DNA of 64,000 nucleotides, taken from assembly GCA_964016885.1 (NCBI GenBank), contig OZ024743.1, positions 29,822,001-29,886,000 of the forward strand. Reading direction: 5' to 3'. This document shows, piece after piece, positions 1-13,456 of the stretch (position 1 is its first letter; each line of letters opens with the position of its first letter). Under the pieces are notes generated by a model, which was not told the DNA's origin, searched no databases, and worked only from the letters and a program-made list of their open reading frames with translations. This DNA is from Eledone cirrhosa (taxonomy: Eukaryota). The position numbers and the translations under genes are program-made.

Positions 1-105
1 TTGTTTTTGATTATTTTCATTTTATACCCTTTTTACTCGGTCTTATGTAAACTCCCCCTTTGTATTTGTCCCTTCTTTTTATGCCTTTATGGTAAATAAA
101 GAAAT
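1..105 (+). mobile_element. 3' UTR/terminus of a Tx1/L1 LINE, same family as 24930-27865, followed by (TA)n
   Basis: Near reverse complement of 24930-25035 (ATGTAAACTCCCCCTTTGTATTTGTCCCTTCTTTTTATGCCTTTATGGTAAATAAAGAAATATATC). Confidence 0.9.
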
Positions 106-135
106 ATATCTATCTATATATATATATATACATAT

Positions 136-292
136 ATAGTTTTAATATAGATGAGATTCTACAGGACTAGAACTGTTTCGAATGAAACAGTTCTAGTCCT
201 GTAGAATCTCATCTATATTAAAACTATTATACTCTGCTATGTATTGAGTACCTTACTTACTGTGGTTACCTCCGATTCAACCCGGAATAACG

Positions 293-297
<5 letters not shown>
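136..297 (+). mobile_element. Short inverted-arm + tail insertion (family F1): perfect 44-bp hairpin (136-179/184-227) plus about 70-nt tail
   Basis: Arms are exact reverse complements; the tail CCTTACTTACTGTGGTTACC recurs at about 5765 (+) and 36722-36765 (-). Confidence 0.75.
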
Positions 298-365
<68 letters not shown>

Positions 366-366
<1 letters not shown>

Positions 367-706
367 AGTAAAAAGAAATTCAAACACACATATATGAAAA
401 TACAGCCACCCCCCCCCCCCTCCTTGTTTGAAGAACTTTGTAACGCGAACCGGCGCAACATTTATTATACTTATTGACCAACCAATCAAATTACTTCTCT
501 AAAAACCTGCCGTTCGAGCCACTTTTTTCCATATAAAATAAGTAACATTCAAAGCCAACCAGATGTGAGAAAAACCACAGACCATCCATCTCAATTCTAC
601 TTTTGAAAACCAGAAGAACTGCGAAACCGGTAAAGGAACCTCATAAATATATATATTTAAAAAAAAATAAGACTCCAGTTGCATTTTCGATTTCATCTTT
701 TTTTCT
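366..706 (+). mobile_element. PLE-type 3' terminal repeat, family F2 (U3:A8 hammerhead family)
   Basis: Colinear with 20036-20380 and 36876-37012; contains TTGAAAA-stem-GAAACCGGTA at 599-636. Confidence 0.8.
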
Positions 707-740
707 ATATATATATATGTGTGGGTATATATATATGTAA

Positions 741-1056
741 GAATATTTTCGAAACAGCGAGTGGGTTTGAAATTGTTAGAAATGTAAGCTATCGTCTTAT
801 TTGGACTAAAGAAATTAAAGAAATTATTTAGCCTGATAGTGGGGTTAAGAACCCTCGGAGAAATGGAAAAAGATGAATATTGACGTACATTGGTTGGTGT
901 AAATGGTATCACAGTGGTCCGGATAACCAAAGATGTGGGTTCGACTCACATGTACGTCAATATTCATCTTTTCCATTTCTCCGAGGTTTCTTAACCCCAC
1001 TATCAGGCTAAATAATTTCTTTAATTTCTTTAGTCCAAATAAGGCGATAGCTTACA
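741..1056. mobile_element. tRNA-headed SINE-like element in inverted-arm arrangement (arms 783-890 / 950-1056; tRNA-like spacer 891-949; tail 741-782)
   Basis: About 107-bp near-perfect inverted repeat; spacer has A-box-like TGGTGTAAATGGTA, a TGGT/ACCA stem with 7-nt loop, and B-box GGTTCGACTC; flanked by (TA)n. Confidence 0.7.
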
Positions 1057-1892
1057 GATATATATATATATATATATATATATTATGAGAGAACAAGAGA
1101 AAGAGAGAGAGAGGCGGGGCGGGGGGAGAAATAGATAGACACAAAAAGCCGGAGAGAGAGTTATAGAGACATTCAGTATTGAAATATAGATACTTTCTCC
1201 CTAACGTTGTCAATAATTGATGATTTTTAGAGAGGCAATGTGGAAGGAATGGATAGCAATTATATTGATGGAACTGAAAACAAAAACTTTAATATTCTCC
1301 AACGGAACCTATTATAATTTAATTGTGATCTAAAAATGTAGGATTATCATAGTTAATATATACTTGTGAACGAAACCCAGCTCATATAAACACAATATAT
1401 ATTATAAATCTGATTTTAGAAAATGTTACTTGAATACGATATACAGGTGCTCGAAATTATTCAGTGAGCGGAAATGCCTGTTCGGGAAATTAAATTGTAC
1501 GTCACCTAGCATTCTATACACAACCACACTCTCAAAGTAGTTATCAAGGAGATTCAGCCTGATACACTGCATGACAAGATTGATCCCTTGTATTACGGGT
1601 AAACTCATTATTTGCAAGGCGCATGTAGCAACGAGAAATAAAGTGTCTTCCTTGATGATACAACGCACCACCCAGTCCGAGAATGGAACTTATGTCTATA
1701 CATTTGTGTACCTATCATCCTAACATATAAGTCATTTGTCTAAAGACAGACACGCACATGTATTGTATCAAAACGTTCATTTATCATTTCATATCTGTTT
1801 ATCCGTCTGTCTGTCTATCTGTATATTTTATCTGTATATCGACCTACACATGGACGTCTACGTCTCACACACTTTCTGTATCTATCTCCATC

Positions 1893-1969
<77 letters not shown>

Positions 1970-1984
1970 ATATATATATATATA

Positions 1985-2065
1985 AAGTTTAAACAAATCA
2001 AAACTATGTTCAATAAATTTTATTGCTGACAATCGTTTCTTCCGATTGGTTTCATCGGACTGTCT
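1985..2065 (-). ncRNA. Degenerate hammerhead-like motif with CCGAUGA core (family F7) plus tail
   Basis: Minus strand reads CCGATGA AACC AATC GGAA GAAA CGATTG TC; flank is homologous to 61706-61795. Confidence 0.45.
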
Positions 2066-2208
2066 GTAAGGCATCTGATGTATTTACATTGAGCTATTTT
2101 TCATACTTTTAATAGGGTGGTGAAAAATAAAAAAAATACTGCCCGTTCCTGTTTATAACTATATATGGTTTATATATAAGTATAAATAATATTATTATTA
2201 TTATTATT

Positions 2209-4900
2209 ACAGCTGCATTTATCTTGCTTTATGTTCATACGATTATCACCAAGTCACAACCAGTGACCTCAAGAGACAACAAGGTCCGCCATGTTCAAGA
2301 AAGAACATACATACTTACACATGCATCTTTGGATGTTTAGACTTGTGATGTACTTATATTGACAGAATCTTCCTTAGTATATGGGCAGTTCCCATTAGTA
2401 CTATCTTTTGTATTTCTCCTGTACGCGGGTTTCCTGGGATTTGCGATAACTAATCATTAGACCCCTTAGGTATCATTCCTAGAGCGCCTACAACCACTGG
2501 TATTGTTTTAGTTCTCAATTTCCATATTTTTCCAATTTCTATCTCCAGGTCCTTATACTTGCTCAATTTTTCAAATGTTTTTATAGATACATTCTTGTCT
2601 ATTGGAACGGAATGTCAATTAGCAGGCATACCTTCTTTTTAAAGTCCTTCAGTATTGTATCATGTCTATTTGCATCTATTTTTCGGTCTGTTTGGATGCT
2701 AAAGTTCCACAAGATTGAGATGTGATCTTTTTCAAGTATGGGAGGTGGTTGATGCACCCACCAATTCTTTTGATGGGGCAGGTCAAAATGCTTACACATT
2801 ATCCAATGTATGTATTGTGCAGCTCTCTCATGCCTGTTTAGGTATTCAGCTGGAGCTATAGGACTGCACATTGAAATTATATGGTCAATGGTCTCTGGTT
2901 GTTTTTTACATACACGGCATAATGGGCTGCATCCATTTTTTATTATGTTGGCTTGGTAATTTTTTGTTGGCAGACACTGATATTGTGCTGATATAATCAG
3001 TCCTTCAGTCTCCGATTTCAGTCCAGAGGATGCCAACCACTGATGGGTTAAAGTGTTGTCAACATCAGGATTGTTAGCTCGTTCTGGGTATTTTCCGTAC
3101 AGAGGCTTTTCTTGCCATTTCTTAGCTAGTTTCTGTAGCAGTTCTTTCTTTGCAGTTACTTTTACCTGCTTTGCTTTTTCTGTGTTTTCCATTTCAGCAG
3201 TAAATGGGACTTCTGAAATTTGTAGTCCATTACTGTATCTTTGTGCATCTTTTGTAATGCAGTATGATCTTTTGATGCTTTCGTGTTTCAAAACGAGTTT
3301 GATCATCCAATCATGTGATTACTTTAGATATGTAGATAATCCAATTGTTGCAGTTTTCAACGCAATGTCTAACTGGATTACCCTACGTCCTCCTTCTTTC
3401 CCAGGGAGATATATTCTATCTGTATCTGCCTTAGGGCGATGCATTCTGTGCATGGTTAAGAATTTCCGAATTTTTGTATCGAGCCTACGGATCTCTGTGC
3501 TTGACCAGTTGATGACATTGTAACTGTAGGTTACTACTGGTATGGCAAGCGTTTTTATGACATCGATCCTATTCCTTGCATTCAATTCCGTTCTTAAGAT
3601 TGCACTTACTCTGCGGTAACATTCCTTCCTTATCCTTTCCCTCATTGTCGAGTGCTTGATTCCGTCTCCTTCACAAAAACCTAGATATTTGTAAGTTTCC
3701 TCTTGATCAAGTTCTCTTATCACGTTCCCTCGATCAAGATTAATGTCTGAACTTTTCAGCAGCTTTCCTCTGGTGAACGTTGCTTTGGCGCATTTATCTA
3801 GTCCAAACTCCATTTTAATGTCATCATTGAACTGATCCACAGTGGATAATAGCCCTTGCAATTGTTCATCATTTTTTGCAAATAGTTTCAGGTTATCCAT
3901 GTAGAACAAGTGATTAATGGTTTTGTCATAGACTTTATATCCATGTTTTGTTTCATTGAGCATTTTACCTAATGGTTAAAGTGCGATGCAGAATAAAAGC
4001 GGTGATAAAGAGTCACCCTGAAAAATTCCACAATTAATATTAACTTCTCCAGCTTCCAGTGATTTTGTTTCACTATTCAAAAGGAGTGTCGTTTTCCATG
4101 TCTTCATACTGAATGACAAAAACCTCCTGACAACGGGGGATATTTTGAAAATCTCTAAACATTTTTCAATCCAACTGTGTGGCAAACTATCGAATGCTTT
4201 TTTATAATCTATCCAAGCAATCGATAGATTTTTGTGTCTATTATGACAATCTTCCAGTATAATTCTGTTAACCAGGAGCTGATCCTTACATCCATATGAG
4301 CCTCGTTTACACCCTTTCTGCTCAATGGGAAATAGGTCATTTGTTATCAGGTGGTCATATGTGTATTCAGTTAGGACTGATGTTAAAATTCTATACATTG
4401 TGGTCAAGCAAGTTATCGGTCTCTAATTTTAGGGATTGTTTGTCTCATCATTCTTGGAAGCAGGAATGTAATGTCGTTAACTAACCATGATGGTATCTTT
4501 TCTGGCTCCTTAACTATTTCATTGTAAAGTTGGGCTAACAGCTCATGAGACTCTGTGAAGGCATTTATCTAAAAATTTTGTATTTTGTCTTTTCCTGGGG
4601 ATTTCCATTTGCTGGTTTTTCTTAGAGCCAAGCGCAACTGTTCAACTGTTATATTTTCCCTTATTTGTTCTTCAAGGTGAGCTGTATCTTTCATTTGTCT
4701 GTCTATCCATGGGGCATGTATGTTATGAACTTTTTCTTCGGCCCAGATCTTTTCCCAGAATTCTTGCACTTCCTCCTTGGGTGGTATTGATTTAGCAGTT
4801 ATTGTTGACTTACCAATTTTTCTGTAGTTTCTTTGGTTGTTTTTGAACATATTATTGTCCTTATAGAATCTAGATCGTTTTTCAAAGCGCCTTATACAAG

Positions 4901-4901
<1 letters not shown>
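2209..4901 (-). mobile_element. 5'-truncated R4/Dong-clade non-LTR retrotransposon (RT + CCHC finger + restriction-like endonuclease), frameshifted
   Basis: ORF fragments SPGKDKI, IDYKKAFDS, IFQGDSLSPLLF, HLFYMDNLKL, YKYLG, CRVC..ETIDHI..C, ANRHD..IDI; (TAA)n on both sides. Confidence 0.9.
2599..4901 (-). pseudogene. Disrupted RT-RLE polyprotein (ORF pieces 4569-4901, 3976-4407, 3319-3963, 2599-3306)
   Basis: Colinear RT and RLE motifs split by stops and frameshifts. Confidence 0.9.

Positions 4902-4960
<59 letters not shown>
4902..4960. repeat. (TTA)n microsatellite, probable target site of the Dong-like LINE (other half at about 2190-2208)
   Basis: Directly visible. Confidence 0.95.
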
Positions 4961-4968
<8 letters not shown>

Positions 4969-5612
4969 ATTTTCATCTTTTAATATACTATCTTTCCTAG
5001 CCATAACCTTAATTTTTATTCACCCAAAAACTCAATACAACACTTTACTCTTACATTCCTTTTAAACTTCACTATATCAGATACATTCAGCTATCAGTTT
5101 GACAATCCCTTTCCTCCTAATAGATGTTTATGCTAATTCTACTATTAACAACATTCAAGCATTCCTTTGAAAGGGTCATGACCTCAACTAGAGTGTATTA
5201 CTTTGCATCTTAACACCATATGAAAAAAACAATTTGATTGGTTAGTTCTTCAACTAACTCCAAATTAGGACATGATACTAACATACTACTAATTTTGAAT
5301 AAAATTATTTTGAAAAACTGGTTATATGCATGTAAGTAAATATTCTCTTTATCTGATATTTTGTAACTAACCTTACATAGATCAATAACGGAGTATAGCT
5401 ACAATGTATTATCATCACCTAGAAACGATCGTAAAGCAGTGAAGTATATCTCTAATGACTTGATTTTTGATATAATGACTTATATCATGACTCTGTTTTC
5501 CTTTTAATGTTTTATTCTTTTCCGGGATTTATCTTAACCTACACCATTTTCAACGTATGGATTACATCGAGTTCTTCATGCAGAATAGACCCCACAACTT
5601 ACTGTGGATACC

Positions 5613-5659
<47 letters not shown>

Positions 5660-5663
<4 letters not shown>

Positions 5664-5806
5664 AGAGCCGTCGAAAGGGCTTGAGCTCTGCCGTCGGGGT
5701 CTTGAACATTTTCCTATATATATATATATATATAGAAGGAGCTTCTACAGGACCAGCACTATTTCCTTACTTACTGTGGTTATCCCCGACTCAACCCGGG
5801 ACCTAC

Positions 5807-5810
<4 letters not shown>
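5660..5810 (+). mobile_element. Two short F1-related fragments embedded in (TA)n
   Basis: 5660-5715 matches 19250-19303; 5735-5810 is an inverted arm (CTACAGGACCAGCACTATTT) fused to the F1 tail. Confidence 0.6.
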
Positions 5811-5900
<90 letters not shown>

Positions 5901-6021
5901 GTAAGTGTGTATACGTACATACATATATGTATATACACGTGCAGTAGTATGTATATATATACATAAATACATGCACACATATATATATGAACGTATGGAT
6001 TTACCGAACATTTATTATAAT

Positions 6022-6206
6022 TGTTTCTACTTTAGGCACAGGGCCAGCAATTAGCCAGTACATTACTGGTACTTTATTTTATCGACCCCGTAAGGATGAA
6101 AGGCAAAGTTAACCTCGGCTGGATTTGAACTCAGACTATAAAGGGACGTAATTCTGCTAGAAAGCATAGCGTCCAACCATCTACTGATACTGCCAATTCA
6201 CCGCAG
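6022..6206 (-). mobile_element. tRNA-derived SINE (family S1) with 15-bp target-site duplication AACATTTATTATAAT (6007-6021 / 6219-6233)
   Basis: B-box GAGTTCAAATCC and core TTTGCCTTTCATCCTTACGGGGTCGATAAAATAAAGTACCAG shared with copies at 13.5, 16.5 and 60.4 kb. Confidence 0.85.
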
Positions 6207-6322
6207 TCAAACAAACCAAACATTTATTATAATGTTCGGTTTGTTTGTAAACAAACAGCCCGAATTACCCCCTACAGTGTTCGGCAACCATCGTCGCCCT
6301 TTTGTTCAACACTGACAAAGGA

Positions 6323-6365
6323 ACGATGAACTAGTTTCAAGCTTATTAGCTATCGTCAGCATCGT
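6323..6365 (-). ncRNA. Minimal type I hammerhead ribozyme (family R)
   Basis: ACGATG CTGACGA TAGCT-AATA-AGCTT GAAA CTAG TT CATCGT. Confidence 0.8.
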
Positions 6366-6577
6366 ATACCTTCCTGTCAGATGATTGAACGTTTGAAAGT
6401 ATATACTTTCCTTATGCATTTTAACGGCTGAGCAGCCTAATTTGCATATCGAAAATGATAAATGGAAAAGAATGAAATGAAATTTCATTTCTAATTCTTA
6501 GTACGGCTGATACTTAAATGTAAGTATTTATACGTAAACACATATATGTATACATTATAATAAATGTTCAGTAAACC

Positions 6578-6610
<33 letters not shown>

Positions 6611-6732
6611 GTGAGCCTGTATGTATACATATATGTATGTACGTATACATACTTACATTGAAGTATCAGCCGTATCAGAGTGAGAAATGAAATTTCATTC
6701 CATTCTTTTCCATTTATATATATATATATATT

Positions 6733-6785
<53 letters not shown>

Positions 6786-8024
6786 GTGTGTGCGTGTGTG
6801 TGTGTGTTTGTATGTATGTGGTTTTACTCTCACAAATCCAACAACAGAATAGTTCTAAACGAATACAACGGAATCAAATCAGCCAAGATCCACAACACAA
6901 ATAAAATTACAAAATTACTCAGCCATTAAACAGAACTTTTAATATGATAAATCAATGTCCGCTTAAGGCAGATCAAACACCAAATATTTCATATCTAATC
7001 AACAAAACCTGCTAATCATAACTGAGAAATAATCTAAACCAAATATAAACACCACCAAGAAATCAGAAAACGTAATGAATGCCAGCCCAATATATTAGAA
7101 CTAAGTGGACAAAGTTCATCAGGCCATATATATTTGTACGTAAGTATCTGTGTATACAATTAAATACACAAATTCAATCGAAAACTGATATTTTGAAATG
7201 TAATAATATGAATAATTTTGAATGCCGAAAGGATTGACCAATGGACTTTACAGCTGGCTACATATATTTTACTATCTGCCAGATTACCAGGAGATTAACG
7301 CCTTTTGTTATGATAACGAATCTGCAATATCATTACAATGAGATGCTCTCGAATCACTATGTGAATGAATGTCTTTGTTTTGATAATTTAGTCATAGCAA
7401 CAGCATTCACTTTTAAGTGTTTTAAATACATAAAACGCTATTGTTGTGGATACATATATATATATATATATATGCACATATTTAATTTCAAACATATATA
7501 TATTTAGATATTTACGTATGCATACATACATATATAAGCATATATCTCTACATCGATACATGTAAATGGATGTATGAATGTATGTATGTATGTGTATGTA
7601 TATATGCATATGAATCTTTCTGTGCGCTCATGTGTATGTATGTTCTTCTGGTTTTATAATTTCACAAATTTTTACCAATAGATAGAGAGTCTAACATAGA
7701 CACAATACTCGCTCATTGGAATTTACACAACATCAACTAGGTAGATATGTATGCATGTCTGCATGCATGTCTAGATATGGATGTTATTGTATGTGTGGAT
7801 GTGTATGTTTTGAGTTGTATGTGTGCATGTGTATATTCTTTGTATCTTTTCATGTGTATATGCAGTTGTTAGATGTAAAATTTTTGGAATGTGTATGTAT
7901 GTATGTCTGTATATATATATTTGAATCTTTCTGTGCGGTCATTTGTATACGTGTATGTATACACGCAGATATACAAACACACATATATATATATATATAT
8001 ATAGGTACACACATACACACACAT

Positions 8025-8182
8025 AGTTTCAGAAGATCCCGTTAAGGGTGAAAGCAGCGATTCTTTGCTTAAACTTTAATCTGTTATTTTAATAAATTTT
8101 TGCTCTACGGTTCTTATATATTTGATATATATTTATCCTTATCGAGCCCTCTTTGGATTTTAGTCTTCTAATTTATTATTAT

Positions 8183-8187
<5 letters not shown>
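8025..8187 (+). mobile_element. Family F4 terminal fragment with decayed hammerhead-like motif (CAGAAGA TCCC GTTAA GGGT GAAA)
   Basis: Shares sequence with 8412-8637, 19070-19172 and 31893-31916; ends ATTATTATTACTA then (TA)n. Confidence 0.6.
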
Positions 8188-8220
<33 letters not shown>

Positions 8221-8223
<3 letters not shown>

Positions 8224-8374
8224 TGAAAAGAATTTAGAAATGCGCAACCGGTAAAAACTTAAAAACTTAAAACCACAACTGAATACTAACCCATACAATC
8301 ACTAATATTCTTTTATTCCTAATTAAACCATTTTTCAACTGTGAACAATTTGTCAGCATTTTCTATTCCGTTTA

Positions 8375-8378
<4 letters not shown>
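8221..8378 (+). mobile_element. Family F8 terminal fragment (TTGAAAA/GCAA hammerhead variant)
   Basis: Reverse complement of 57428-57585. Confidence 0.7.
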
Positions 8379-8411
<33 letters not shown>

Positions 8412-8416
<5 letters not shown>

Positions 8417-8633
8417 TTAAGATAACATATAAAAGTTTAAGGAAAGAATCGCTGCTTTCACCCTTAACGGGATCTTCTTTGGATTTTAGTCTGCAAATTT
8501 ATTATTATTACTATATATATATATATATATATATATATTAATTAAGATAACATATAAAAGTTTAAGGAAAGAATCGCTGCTTTCACCCTTAACGGGATCT
8601 TCTTTGGATTTTAGTCTGCAAATTTATTATTAT

Positions 8634-8637
<4 letters not shown>
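8412..8637. repeat. Tandem pair of ~125-bp F4 minis (inverted arm fused to tail), separated by (TA)n
   Basis: 8412-8512 and 8537-8637 are essentially identical. Confidence 0.85.
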
Positions 8638-8699
<62 letters not shown>

Positions 8700-8730
8700 A
8701 TATATATATATAGAGAGAGATATGTATATG

Positions 8731-8789
<59 letters not shown>

Positions 8790-9131
8790 GGATATATACA
8801 GATATAAACATATATATATGTTTATGCAAATATTCAAATATTCATATGAATATAACAGTGTGGAGGTATGTGTGCGGGTTTTTCTGTATGTGTGTGTGTG
8901 ATTGCGCATATGTGTTTCTGTATGTAGAAAATTAGCGTGTATGTTAGTTTGTGAGTGTGCCTATACGTAATTGTGTAAATACACTATTGCATATATGTCT
9001 TTGTTTTCTTTTGTGCAAATGCATGTTTACATATAGAATGTGAGCTCTATAAAAATGAGCCGCATAAGCTTGTTTGCATGTATTGCGAAACTTTATGACA
9101 CAAAGTATCACCAGTAGATACGTACACATAT

Positions 9132-9872
<741 letters not shown>

Positions 9873-10632
9873 TAGATATGTAAACTCACATACAGATATG
9901 TAAACACACATAGATTGATTTACAGTCGCGCGCACCATACATATATATAATCATATACTCAGTAGCGTTACGTGCGCACACACCAATTTATCTATTTGCT
10001 ACTTATATTCATTATTCCAATTGAATGTAAATAGCAAATTCTCTTCATTTCCGAAGAGAATTTCAAGAATATACAGAACAATACATTCTGTTGTATTGTC
10101 TGTCATAATTCTAATAAGCATAACTGGCTATATATTCATAATAGAATGTTTTTATGGAGACAAATCGTCATGGAAACACCAGAGGCGGAAGATTTCCGAT
10201 GCGCAAAGCATTGAATAATTCTTGTTTTGCATCAACGCATAACTTGCACAGCACTGCAAAAAGATTTACTATTTGAAAATGGACATTAATAATCTTTAGC
10301 AAGAATTGTAAATAGAAAATCTGGAATATAAATCAGTTGTGCTTTATAAGCAGATGATATTGTTTTGCTAGTCATAGTCTCATGGCTTTTCTATATACAT
10401 GACACTATCTTCTGGGGCACTGGCTGATATTATGGAGATGGTTTTCTGTAGAATATTATCATACATTTGGACATGCTTCGCTAGTTGCTATGATGTATTG
10501 GCTGTGCTGCTCTTTGAGACATTACACAATTCCTATTGCTTATTCAGATTTGGGTCTTCATACTTTACGTATAGTAACTATATATATATATTCACATATC
10601 CATACACGGATATATACATACATACATATATT

Positions 10633-10711
<79 letters not shown>

Positions 10712-10712
<1 letters not shown>

Positions 10713-10812
10713 TATGTATATATGTATATATGTGTATGTATGTAATATATATGTATGCATATAATATATATATATATATATACATATATGTATGTGTGTA
10801 TGTATGCATATG

Positions 10813-10858
<46 letters not shown>

Positions 10859-10952
10859 CATATCATACATACACACATACATATATGTATATATATATAT
10901 TATATGCATACATATATATTACATACATACACATATATACATATATACATAT
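10712..10952. repeat. Fold-back palindrome of degenerate microsatellite centred on (TA)n
   Basis: Interruptions in 10712-10820 are mirrored in 10850-10952. Confidence 0.75.
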
Positions 10953-11228
10953 CATATATATATATATACATACATATATATATACACATGTATATATATA
11001 TACATATATATATATACGGACACGAAAGTATATATACAAAGCAACCAATGTAGTGTATACATCTATACGAAAGATTAAAAAAAGAAAAATATATTACTTT
11101 CTCTCTTTATATATATATATATTTCTCCATGGTACTATGTCCTTTGCTTTGTTGTTTCCGTTAACCTTTTGCATAAACAGACGCACCTACCAACAAGCAC
11201 ATACACACACATTACGCATATATATATT

Positions 11229-11262
<34 letters not shown>

Positions 11263-11917
11263 ATATATATAAATAATATTATATTAACGTATATATAAAT
11301 ATGTGAAAGTGTTGTTCGTCTTTTGGCAAGTTATTGAATACACATATACATAGAATCAATTGTATTCTCGGATACATTTTCCAATCTGTATGCGAGAAAT
11401 CTTTGCTTCCATTATATGTGTATGCATGTATGTAACTATAAGTAACATACATAGATGACCTGAAAAAAAATGCTTACACACAAGCATACATACATGCACA
11501 CACACACTATATAAATGAAAACTAGTAACATTAATTTTTCTCGTTTCTTTATCTTTCCTGACACTTCATTATGTTTCTATACATGTCACTCTTCCACCTA
11601 AATAATCGCCACAACATATTATAACAAAAAATAAAAACAACAAAATAATACTGAGTTACAACTTTCAAATAATAACATGTCAGTGAAACTACATGTATGC
11701 TTTGAATTTACAAAACTTAATTGCAAAGTCTCTTCATAATCTCCCATACACTTTTGATTTTGAATATGTATCACATATAAATAAACTACATTCTATAATG
11801 AGCTTATTGGCATTCAATTCACCCTCCCACCATTGACGTACTTTGATTTGTTTCATTACAAACTCTTAGTTTATCCACCAAATGTTTGCACTCTATATCA
11901 TCACTTTCTGCCCCCAC

Positions 11918-12018
11918 ACATAACCACTGATCTTTCTTAACATAACCTCTGATCTTCTTAACATAACCTCTGATCTTCTTAACATAACCTCTGATCTTCT
12001 TAACATAACCTCTGATCT
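11918..12018. repeat. 21-bp minisatellite (CTGATCTTCTTAACATAACCT), about 4.5 copies
   Basis: Directly visible. Confidence 0.9.
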
Positions 12019-12952
12019 TTTCTTTACAACATCGTTTTCGCCAAATATTTTTCACGGCCCCTCTAGTAGAACGATAGAAAACTAGTACAAATATTTTGCG
12101 ATGTAGTATATATGTTTTGCGGTGACTAGAACACTAACATTTTAGGTAAATTCATTTCTACCACAAAGACTATTCGTCTTTTGTTCTTCCTAACAAAATG
12201 ATTCATCACACTTTGGGAAGTTTATTCCCTACAGCTATATTGTCTTAAACTTTACAACAATAATTGCGTCCATGATTTCGTCAATTATTGCGTCATTGAT
12301 TTTTAGGCTTCAATCCTTGACATTTTCCGTTAAAGTAGAACTATATACAAATGTATCACAGTTGTAACCATCCTGCCTGATATGCCGACATAATTAAGAC
12401 AGAAAAGTTTGATATAATGTAGAGATGCCTGATATGTTAGCAGGTTATGCGCTCTCAAAGAGAATATCACGTATCCAAATGTTGTGTGGACTAATACTAG
12501 ATTTAATTGAACAGGTACATGAGTATACCATATTTGGTTTTATTAGACATCGTATGAAAGGAAATGTATTATCCAACGTGCCCTTCATTATGCAAGACTG
12601 CAATGCATAATTTGAGGAAGATTTAGCAGCTAGTTAGAAGAAAGTCAATGATTCACATATAAGATGCATTGATGAGCAAAACTCAATTTCATATGGTAGC
12701 TTCTCAATTAGTCGAATCGAAGCAATTCTTTGAATGTTTTTGAAAATATATTCAAGAAAAAATTGCTTTAAAATTGCAAAGCCCTAATATGATAAGCTGG
12801 CCTATTCAATTAATCCCCTTGAAAATGTTCGGTCTACTTGATTTTCATATGTATATGTCGTTCCATATACATTTTTCGAAGAGAGGGAGAGAGAGAGAGA
12901 TGAGTAAGTGAGAGCGAATGAGGATAAGAGAAAGTTAGTGAGTGTGTGTGTG

Positions 12953-13013
<61 letters not shown>

Positions 13014-13456
13014 TAATGCAGACAGACTTTACGATAATAAAATACCGGCTTTAAGAGGTGAATGTTAAGCAATATATTTACATGTTTTTATGGTTTTTTT
13101 TTTTTTAGAAGAAAAACTACGCAGAAAAAACGAAAAAATAAAACGAAAGAGAGTTAGGGAATATAATGTAGAAAACCAAATAGATAGTCCATTTTCCCGC
13201 TATTGATTCATTCCTGTTATTATGTTTGAGGAGCTCAAGAAAGTTTTATTCCCGTTAAGGCATCTCTACATTGTGTCGTTGCAAACATGCAATTCATCAG
13301 CTGGTCTATTTCTCAAGTGTGCTCGAAATATATAAATCTCACTTCGTATCATTTTACAGTCATTGTATAAACAATTAGTATGTTGAACAGTTGTCAGCAT
13401 TGAGAGATTTAAGTGGATGGAATATTTTCAATTATTATGTGTCAGTATTTTAAAAC

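Larger units (their letters stand above)
5897..6716. mobile_element. Retrozyme-like family R, locus 1: minus arm 5897-6555 (more than one ~407-bp unit, interrupted by a SINE) plus short plus-strand 3' end ~6620-6716
   Basis: Homologous to 48657-49982; AAATGTAAGT repeats at 5897 and 6516; hammerhead at 6323-6365. Confidence 0.8.

Noticed and set aside
886-958. Functional tRNA gene
   Set aside because: Non-canonical anticodon loop (CCGGATA) and the apparent acceptor stem is created by the flanking inverted repeat; treated as a SINE head
11918-12018. CRISPR-like array
   Set aside because: No spacers; plain 21-bp minisatellite in a eukaryotic context
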